Shown piece after piece: positions 1-9,591 of a stretch of 64,000 nt of DNA (its first letter is position 1; each line of letters starts with the position of its first letter). The position numbers and the translations under genes were made by a program. Under the pieces are notes generated by a model, which saw nothing but the letters and a program-made list of their open reading frames with translations, did no database searches and was not told the DNA's origin. This stretch comes from Amphiscolops sp. MND2022 (lineage: Eukaryota). Location: NCBI GenBank assembly GCA_964187785.1, contig OZ076409.1:20524001-20588000 (forward strand). Reading direction: 5' to 3'.

Positions 1-90
1 AACTTCAGTTCGAGGTCAGAGGAATTGTAAATTAATTTTTTTCCGCTCTCATCCTTCTGCGCTTAAAAGTTTCTTTGTACAAATGCTGGC

Positions 91-573
91 TTGTTTGACA
101 AAAATGTGAAAAACTTTCAGATCTTCGAGGACGAAAATGGGGCCTACTTTCTGGAAGAAGATCAGAAGTTCAAGTCAATCGCACAATTGATCGAATTCTA
201 TCGCAAAACCAATCTATCAACTGTCTTCTCGGACGATATCGATGCATATCTCTCTCACCCTCTGGCTGACATCTGCTATGACCTCATCCGTGAGTACGCG
301 GCTGCCAAGGAAGTGAACTCCTCTTTGGAAGTGTCCAACGACGTCCTTCACCCTGTGGGGGGAGCCATTCTTCTCAAAACTGTGACTGTCTCTGATGTGA
401 ATGGTGGCGATTACGTCAACTTGAAGCAAGGACAGCTGGTCTTCATCTCTAATGAAACCGAAGATTCTTTCGAATGCACAACAGTTCTCTCCCCATCTGC
501 TCCTGTTTTGACTGTGTCTCAAACTGATGTGAGAATCATAACGGCCTACGGCGTTTTTGGTGACGAGTCTTGA
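91..573 (+). CDS. 3' terminal exon of an SH2-domain protein (C-terminal half of SH2 followed by a degenerate SH3-like segment); true exon start is upstream/approximate
   Basis: VKNFQIFEDENGAYFLEEDQKFKSIAQLIEFYRKTNL...LSHPL matches the SH2 betaD-alphaB-betaG pattern; DYVNLKQGQLVFISNETEDSFEC resembles an SH3 core. In-frame TAA at 64-66 implies an upstream intron. TGA at 571-573 is followed by AT-rich UTR-like sequence. Confidence 0.7.
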   Translation: MFDKNVKNFQIFEDENGAYFLEEDQKFKSIAQLIEFYRKTNLSTVFSDDIDAYLSHPLADICYDLIREYAAAKEVNSSLEVSNDVLHPVGGAILLKTVTVSDVNGGDYVNLKQGQLVFISNETEDSFECTTVLSPSAPVLTVSQTDVRIITAYGVFGDES

Positions 574-879
574 CTTTAATGAATGATTTTCGAGTTAATA
601 CCGCTTCTCTTTCTTGGCACTGATGTTAACGTCATTTAAATTATTGATACATTTTTGAAATTTTACAAAATTGATGAAAATATATTTTAGTAATTAATAG
701 TTTTTATTTGGCGACTTTTTTTACTGCACTGGAAAAATTTTTCTAAGCTGTAACAGATATCGTGTTTTTAGGCGAGAGAACCGGAGAACATTTTTGGTCC
801 CAACAATTTTTGTTACGGCGTGTTATGTTTTTGGGGTCATCATTTTTCAAGCAGTTTACAAATATTACCTTTTATAAAG

Positions 880-1149
880 AAACAAGACGCCCGCTAAATA
901 CCGGGATATTTTCCGCCTTGTTAAAAAAATCAGGCGGAGGCGAGATTCGAACCCATAACCTACTGGTTGATAGTAACTGAAAGAGTCAACTAAAAGATGG
1001 AGATCGTGGAGATGATAAGTAACTGAAATGGTCAGTAACTAACTAAAATAGTCAAGTAATCAGAAGATGGAGATCATGATTTGGCAGAATTTGGAAAAAA
1101 AACATCACAGATTATGATTTTCCTCCCCCATTTTATATGGGTGGAAAAT
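880..1149. mobile_element. Short non-autonomous Helentron/HINE-like element, family B (other copies 45374-45653 and 46204-46586 inverted; end fragments near 27482, 41780, 54915, 59020)
   Basis: Recurrent end AACAAGACGCCCGCT...GGGATATTTTCCGC and opposite end CAGATCATGAT...CCTCCCCCATTT...G(C/T)GGAAAA; TTTTCCGC/GCGGAAAA subterminal inverted repeat; no TSD seen. Confidence 0.55.
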
Positions 1150-2230
1150 AATAAGTTGTCACGGCATTGTTTTAAACCGATTGTCACGTTTTACGTCTAT
1201 TGTCGAGTGGCAATAAACACATTGTTGACTGGTCTGACGCGTTGTTGCTCAATTTCGTTGATTTTGATCTCGTTCGTCAGCCAACTACCTTTTGATCGTT
1301 TTTTTGAGGTCTTCTCTTCTGAACGAACAATGTTTTCTTCGATTTTTAAAGAAGTATCTGGCCGTATGTAAAAACAAGCCGTGAATGGCCAAAGTCGGCA
1401 CATGTTTCAAAAAAGCAAATGTTTGAATATGCGAAGGCACAGCATAGTGAAAATGTTTATCGAATTTACAGCATCAAAAAATACACTAAGTGATACCCAT
1501 AAAACTCAAAAACCGCTTGGTGTCGCATGGTGCCGAAAGCCCTAAGCAGCCCTCCATGCTCGCAAAACGTTTCCTTTTCTAGTAAAGTCGAGGAGGCTTG
1601 GATAATAAAATTGGAAAAAAAGTCACATAGTGCCGAAAAAACGACAGTATTGAAAAACATTCGGATATAATGTGCTGGTTCGCTGAAAAAAACCAACTTT
1701 CAAAACAAAAAATAATCATTTTGGAAAATATCACAATGCAGAATATTGTAAAAGGGGAATCCAGTTTGATGCAAAGTATCAAAAACATTGAAGATGGACC
1801 CTCTGGAGACATTAAAATGTTTTCGAAAAAAAACGAAAGATTGGAAACTTGACCCTTTGGGATTCATTAACCCGGAATGGAGGTGGAATTTTCTGGATCC
1901 ATCAAAAAATCGGTTGCTTAAACTTCAAACCGCAATATTTCCCAAGCTATTCAACTCCGACAAACGATTTATACAACGTTCGAAAGCGGAGCATCGGGGC
2001 TTTCAAATCAATTTTTAAACTTCCTGGCTGGGGGCCCGCTTCGCCGCACTGGCTCCGAACTTTGCGCCAAAACTTTGCACGCGTGGTGTCTCTGGCTGCA
2101 GTTCAGCTTGTTTCAATACATGCCAGGGCCCCTTTGACCTAATCTTGTCCCCAATGGAAAAAAGTGACCACACAAGAAAACAGGAAAAAACGGAAATTTT
2201 GTGCTAATTTTGTTTTTTTTTTTGATTTTT

Positions 2231-2320
2231 TTGGTCCAGATTTTACTTTGGTCCAGATTTTATTTTGGTCCAGATTTTATTTTGGTCTAGATTTTATTCT
2301 GGTGCAGATTTTATTTTGGA
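2231..2320. repeat. Minisatellite, 17-bp unit TTTGGTCCAGATTTTAT, about 5 copies
   Basis: Tandem copies visible directly. Confidence 0.85.
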
Positions 2321-5300
2321 GGCGTCAAGTCAACAATCCGTGAAAATGCGTGCAATGTTATGTACTTTTGTCTGAAAATCTTATTCAAGAGTTTTCTTTA
2401 CCATACGGTGCGCTGGTGCCTTTAGAAGTTTGCAGATCTTCAGTGGTGCAAATACGTACCGCGATGCTAAGTAGGGTTAAAGGTCTCGACAAGTTTTCGG
2501 TGCTAATTGGGGTTAACATCCGTTCTGTTGCAAAATTTCAAAAAAAATTGAAGAGGGACCCTTTGGTGAAATCAAAAAATCGAAGTCTCATAGGACCGAA
2601 AAATCAAAGTTAAAAACACCAAGATAGCCAAAGGGGGATCCTAAGAGGTTCTGAACGTCAGTTTTGTTTTGGACGAGGTTCTGACGCATCCAGTAATTTT
2701 TGGACATGCATAGTTCAAGTTGAACAAATGAACAAAATAGGACCGTATGCGTATAAAAAACTACCTGGCTGCAAGAATCAGCACTTTTCCACAAATGTCA
2801 CTGGGCGCTGTTGATTTTTGCTTTTGTCCGTCAAAATTTTTTTTTATGATCAAGGAAAATTAACTTACCGAAGCAGTATTAGATATTGCAGTTTTACGGC
2901 AATTTTTTCTTCAACATGAAACTATCGAAAATTAGAAAATCTTTCCTTCCAAAACACGTTTTTCTGACTGTCAAACAAGGTTTTTCTGAAAAATAATTTA
3001 ATCCTGGAATCATTGTGAGTGTAGCTGATTACTTTTTATGAAATGAAATGATGATCCAAAAGTAGAAATGCAAAAACAGTTTGTGACAATTTATAAAATT
3101 ATGTTGATCCAATTTCTTTGACAGTGGTCCTATTCGAAAAGATACAATCTTCGAGCTAATTTAAGTTTTCAGCAGTTTTGAAAACTTATCGAAAGTAGCT
3201 CAAAATTTACCTTTTCAACGATTTTGTAAAACGCTTTTCTCAATATTTCCCCAAATTTTTTTCTGACGAAGGTTAAGAAAACGTTTCTGATATGTTCATT
3301 CATTAAAATACATTCGTTGACGATTGCTTTAATTTTTATCCTAGTAGGAAAGCACAAACAGCATGTGACCTTTCTTTGGGTTCGTTTTGCAAAGCTATTT
3401 GATAATTGATTTCCTTAGTTTTGGTCTCATTAGAATATGAACCAGAATTAAGTTGATTTCAGAGGAGCCGATTTTGAATGTTTTAGATTGCTTTTGGAAA
3501 AAAACCAGAACAATAATGACTGGGAATGTCTGTTCTATTTGAAATTGAAGATCACCTTGTCCAAAATTTCCAACTCATTTCTTTTCAAAGAATCCTAATC
3601 GAGACTAGCGAGAATTGAATTGGGAAATTTTTTGGGCTTTTAGGGAAACGTTTTCATCTATCAAACGATTGTCTAGAACCACAGCAAAAAGCCCGTTCTA
3701 AAGCTCTCTGGAATGTTTATCTTCCGTGGATGCGAGCATCGCAGACTTCCGGGCGTAGCAAAGACCTAAGTGCCATCGGATGTGATCCAATAAATAACGT
3801 TTGTTCCACCAAAGGTTTGGGAATTTTTACTTCTCTTTTGGTTTTGGAAGCTTTTACGCGGTGTCGTCCAGCCTTCTTTTCAAACTTCTCAAAAACCTTC
3901 TTTGAGCCAACAACTTTGACAGGCAATCAATTAGTCAAGAATTTAAGTCCCTTTGTCGTATGTAAAAGCAGTTTGCCTCTAGGTTCTTTTGAATAAGAAC
4001 AGAATTTTCAAACAGCTCTTTTCAATCCTTGTTAATCATGATATAATTTTGACCTATGAAATTCGCAAAAGTTTTTTAAAGTCAAAAACTTTGTAAAATG
4101 TAGGGGTACCATTTTACTGAACGAGAACTTTCGAAAAAAAGTCGAACAGTGCCGAAAAAAGCCCAACGTTTTTTGAACAATTGAGGAAACTCATCAGTGC
4201 CACATGACAAAAATATCCAGAAGTCACCTGTAGGTTTTTCCCACTGGTTTTGAGAAAACTCTCATCAGTCCCACAGAACCTGGAAAAAAGCAATTATGTT
4301 ATCCTTAGGACTAGTAAAACGATCTTCCTTGGAAGAAAAACCTAAAAATTACAAAACTTATCTTCGGTAAGTCGCATAGGGCCAAAAAAATCATAAAAAG
4401 GCCCTCTATACCCGCCAAACGCTTTGTTCGTGCTAAAAATAAAAGACTTACTACAGTAAAAAAAATCTGTGTACAGTACACAATAGCCGTCCCCTTCTTA
4501 GCGTACTTGAGAATTGAAGTCGAGGAGTGAATGTAGTAGTCAGAAGAGTGCTACGGCGCGCTAGCGAGAAACCCCGAAGAAATTAAAGTTGAGAATTACT
4601 TTGACGGTAGCAAAGTTGACCTACCAAATTGCGAAACCCCCGCACGTTTTGGGCGATATCGACCTGAAATTTTCAAGGTAGACCTAAGGGGTAAGGCGCA
4701 CAGCGTTAAACGGAAGCGTTTTCCCGCAACAAATACCTGCTGTCGAGATATTGACCTTTAAAATCAGAGGTCACGTCACCAAAATTTGGAAAATGTTTGT
4801 TTTCGGGGAATGGGTCTACCAAACGTTGTTGGGACAACAAGGAGACCTCATCTAAAGCGCAAAATACTCCTAATAGCTTGAGCTAAAGATGTTTATAAAC
4901 CCCCACGCTGTATTTTTTGAATTGGCCGAGTTCGAGCCTCCCAAAGTTGAGACTTTTGCCAGCGTAAGACACCGATTTTTATTGATGATTCTTTGAGGAC
5001 GTTTTTCACCATGAAGGAGTAAAAACAAAAAGTCAACGTCAGTGTAAACTTTTATAGCCTTTTACCTTTTCTTTAAGATGGTGTGCCTTATTTTTGCTCC
5101 CGGTGATGGGATTACCTAATTTTTGCCCTTAAAGTATGTACCCCCCAACTCAAATTTTTGGGCTGTAAATCAAAATAGCATTTTAGGTCATTGTAAAATG
5201 CTGAGAATTATTTCTTAAGGCCATATTTTGCTTAAGAGAGTTGCCAGGAGTCGTGTGGGAAAACAGGACCCAACAACAAGTGCAAATGTCAATCATTGAG

Positions 5301-5656
5301 TCGAAGTGAAGTCGTGTCTGCAAAAGTAGGGCAGAATTGAGTCAGTGATCCCTCCCCTTAAATTCTATTGAAAACGAAATAAAACCACTAGTCATGATTG
5401 ACAAGATGGTGAAACTCAATCCCACAAGTGATGGGAAAAGGTATTGCTGATAAACTTTTAGTACCGAAGTAAGAAAAACTGTTTTACTCAATGCTTAGCC
5501 AGGCCCCAAAAGGGAATGATGACAAATTACGAATACTTAAGTGAGTAAACTGCCAAAAAAGTAAATTCGGCCGAAGTGTGCGCCAATACGAACGTGCACA
5601 TCGTGAGTCTAACTCTAGAGGAAGGACGGTTTGCATATTTATGGAGTCTTTACGTT

Positions 5657-6030
5657 CCGCATCAAGCACTGGATTATCAAAATTACAGATTTTCATCGAT
5701 TGGCCGTTTAGCCCGTGCCCTCAGCCTAACAACCTGAAGCATCCAGAGTCGTTGCTACTCCACCTTACCCTAGTACGAAAATTGACCCGGCAGCAGGGTG
5801 GTATGTTGGCCTACTGACTCGTATGGAAGCGATTTTGAATTTAGAGACCGATTGGCCACTTTGCGTCGTCGATACATTCCGCATCCGGATTATCAGAATT
5901 GGAGATTTACTTCGGATGACCGTTTAGCCCGTGCCTTCAGCCTAACAACTTGAAGCAGCCAAAGCCGTTGCTACTCCGCCATACCCTAGTGCGAAATTTG
6001 ACCCATTAGCAGGGTTGTCTGTTGGCCTAT
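5657..6030. repeat. Diverged direct duplication (~155-bp homologous blocks at 5657-5815 and 5879-6030)
   Basis: Both blocks share CCGCATC...GGATTATCA...CCGTTTAGCCCGTGCC..CAGCCTAACAAC.TGAAGCA...GTTGCTACTCC...TACCCTAGT.CGAAA.TTGACCC...GCAGGGT.GT.TGTTGGCCTA. Confidence 0.8.
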
Positions 6031-6983
6031 TGTTTCTACATGCAAAACCGGTTAAGTGGCCCTCTAATACACGGTTTGCTTTCTCTTCCAGACCGATAAG
6101 GAAGAATTGCGGCGAGTTCTTCTTTTTCAATATTTTAACGATATCACACCATATCTGCACGTATAACCCATTGAACATTGCTGAAACCCTTGTTTATTGA
6201 TTTCTTGTGTTATATGCCTCTTAGACATTTTCTTAATATTCTCAGATTTTATCATATTATTCTGTTATTTGTGGAGGTAAAATTTTGTTTGTTTCTGTAA
6301 ACGTCCTATTTATTTGATGTATAGTAAAGTAATTATTATTCAAACTGTTCTTTTCATTTGGAAAAGATTTTTACAGCTTTTCAAAAGTAACGAGACAACC
6401 TCCTGAAGAAGGCAAATAGCCAAAGTTGCAATAGAGACGAGATTTCTTAGTCACACTCACCCCCATCGTCTCTGATCGAGTTGATCCGTCCTTTCTTTCG
6501 GAGTTTATAAACATTTATGTAGATACTCTACCAGTTCTTGTCTCGTGCATGGTAGCTACTGATTTAATTGAGCTGTAGTGGAGCTATTCTCAATAAACAG
6601 TTAAAGCTACTGGAAAATATAAAATCTTACAAATCAGATAAGAGAGTACAAGATTTGTCCTCTTCGTGAGATAATACTAGATATGTTTCTGAAAATGCCG
6701 TAATTCACAAATATGTTGAGTGGTAAAACTTCTCAATTTTTTGTTCGATTTCAAAAAAATAGTTGTAATTTTGATTGAAATCTGAAGAATTTTCACTCCT
6801 GCATTTTCAAATTAGGAATGAAAAGTTTTTGCTTTCTGAAGTCGTCCGTTTGCAAATTGGAGTGTCGTCAGCTTTTTGGTACTCCAGTGCATGACGGCAC
6901 AAAATTATCGATACAATGCGTAAGAAAGGGAAAAAAGTTTTCTCCAATGATTTTATGCAAAACTGTTTTTTTTTCTTCCCAGC

Positions 6984-8477
6984 TGTCACAACCTAGAGCT
7001 TGTTTCGGACCCGTAGAGCAGCGATAGAGGCAAATGACTCGCCCATCTACTATTTCAAACTGAAGAAAACTCATCACTTCTTGAAACTTGCTTTGCATGA
7101 ATTCATATATGACTTTTATACACCAGCATTATTTGAATTTGTTTGCTATTCTAGTTAACTGTACTTGTAAAATAATATCCATTCATAAACAATTCACTAA
7201 ATGTTGCAAGGTGTTAAAATATTTGATGTATAATACCGCTCAACACAGTTTGTAGTGAAATGAATAAATTATACATGACTTGTATGATGCATTAATACGT
7301 AAGGACTTTAATATTTGAATTAATCTGCCGCACTAAGTTTGAAGCATACTGCAGTACATTATCGTCTTTTTCAACTCTTCAACTATATCTTTTAGATGTA
7401 TGACTCATTACCTTGACGTAATCACATGTGCTAAACTATGTGGAAATTAATACTTGCACTACATATGAGTCATACTACGTGTTGCCACATTTTTCTCATT
7501 AACGTTGAACGGATTAGTACAGTTAGTGTGATGACCAATCAAAACGCAGGAAAATATTTGTCATGCAGGAACCCATTTATAGAAGTGATGTAACTTACAT
7601 ACCTATTTTTATATCAGATTGGGTACTATTTTCAGTAATTACATAATCGTGATGTAACCGTGACATTCCAAAAATTGTCATGCTGCTAAATTTAGCGCAA
7701 ATCAAAAAGGAGAGTAAGAAGCCCAATAATATTCATTCAACAGAAAACTTTCAGACTGATTAGACTTTCCTTTCCATCCTCACAACCTTTGTTTCAACTT
7801 TGATAACTCAACATTATGCGCATTTTCTTCAACTTTATTTCAACCTAATTTTACTTTGCTTATCATTCTAATTGAAATTCTTCTCTCCAAAACAGCATTT
7901 TACCCTGACTAAAATGGGTAACAAAAGAAATAGAAGGTCTAGACGAGGACAATCACCCTCACTTGAGAGAGAGTTGAGCACATCCGAAATAGAAACATCA
8001 CAAGGTAATGAAACCGTTATTGAATTTTTAAGTAACTTTGAAAATGTTAGTTCAGTTAGGAACGAAGAAATAGCTCTAGACAGTGGAACACAAAATGAAA
8101 ATGAAATGCAAATTTGAACCCAAAGAATATCATATAAAACGAACAAAGAAGTAGCGAACTTAAGGAAAGAAATGGATTAGAAGCTAGAGAAAATACTGAG
8201 AGAGATGAAAAATAGCAGAAGAACACAATCCGTACCAAACAGACGATATCGAGAACAAAACACCCCCAAAGCATGACCTCAAAGTACGCAAGTTATGAGG
8301 ACGGTGAAGAAAACGCATCTGAGCCAGAAAATCAAAAATGTGGATTACAGGATAATCTTTTCAGGCCATCTAATTCAAACGAACTTAGAACGCCAATACA
8401 ACCTTTGAGCATGCAAAACATTGATCTGAATGACTCTGTGGTTGTGAATGAGGATCGCACAGGAGAGGATTATCACA
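6984..8477 (+). repeat. 5' LTR (1494 bp)
   Basis: Starts TGTCACAACCTAGAGC, ends GAGGATTATCACA; colinear with 21082-22578. Confidence 0.95.
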
Positions 8478-8490
8478 TGGTGACAGGAGC
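8478..8490 (+). promoter_or_regulatory. Primer-binding site-like sequence TGGTGACAGGAGC
   Basis: Abuts the 5' LTR terminal CA and begins TGG (complement of tRNA CCA); resembles the tRNA-Leu type PBS TGGTGTCAGGAG with one mismatch. Confidence 0.65.
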
Positions 8491-9584
8491 TACCAAACCA
8501 CTTCATCGTCAAAACTCAAACAACACAACAACAACACACAATGAACATCTGATTGCTGAACCACTTAATACTCAGCAAGACTCCGTTAACCAAATGGCAA
8601 TGGCTATTGAGAAACTGGCAAGCCGCAACACACAACCATCACTTTTTCACCCGAAAAATACCCTTTTATTTATTGGTAAATTTAAAAAGAACGAGAAATT
8701 TGAATATTTTGAAGATCTTTTCCACACAACACTTCGAATGCAACCCGCATTAAATGAGGAAATGAAAATAAATCATTTTCACGCACATTTGCGTGGATTA
8801 GCATTGAAAACATTCAAAAACATCCAACGAACACCAACAACTACGCTTGAAGACATACTGGTAGTGTTTCGGAGAAAATATGTCAAGCCCGAATCTAGTG
8901 CGTCCGCAAAACATAGATTTCATCGCTTGGTTTTTGACCCGGAACACCAGAAACTACCAGAGTTCTTAGAAGAATTACAAGAAAGCGCCGAAAAAGCCTT
9001 CGGTGACGTTGCATCACAAAAGATAGAAAGCTATTAAATGCAAAAAAGCCACCACACTTGAAACATTCTATTAATCAAGCCTACCTTGAGAATGGAACAT
9101 ACGAGCAAATAGTCCGACAGCTCGAACGGGAGATGGAATTAAACGGACTTGAATCAGAAGACACTGGAATTAAAACGCAAATGACGGTAATAAACAAACA
9201 AGCAGAAGTCAAACCAACGCAGCAGAAAACGGCAACAACAAAAAAGAAGCAACAAACACCAAAAACGGTGCCCAACAAAACATTGCAAGATGACCAATGT
9301 CGTTATTGTAAAAACACAGGGCACAAGGCAGCAGACTGCGCTAAACTAGCAAAACGTCATAAGCTGGAAGAAGACCTGACCTTGATGCCATACGCTGTAC
9401 GCATTGTAACGCACCAGGACATGAGGAACCAACATGCTACTTCGGAGCAAATATGGAAAATCGCCCCTCGAAGTGGACACTAATCGAAGCACAGAAAAAA
9501 CAAATTGTAATTTGAAAATTACAAAAACTCCAATAAATACATTAACCCGAAAGCACCCCGTCAACAACGTTTATCATTGAAAGA

Positions 9585-9591
9585 TTTAAAC
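9585..9591 (+). promoter_or_regulatory. Putative -1 ribosomal frameshift heptamer T TTA AAC at the gag stop
   Basis: X XXY YYZ heptamer in gag phase (gaT TTA AAC TAA); the -1 frame is open from 9591 and in frame with the 9732-9950 ORF. Confidence 0.7.

Noticed and set aside
2231..2320. CRISPR-like array
   Set aside because: Head-to-tail minisatellite without spacers, in eukaryotic DNA.
4474..5392. Higher-GC non-coding block (also 38140-39010) suggestive of a DNA transposon
   Set aside because: Single occurrence in the window; no termini or TSD could be defined.
6400..6983. Pre-insertion site as an old hAT fossil (VHDGTK before the LTR, PCLRTWTS after 22583)
   Set aside because: Motif resemblance too weak and fragmentary to call.
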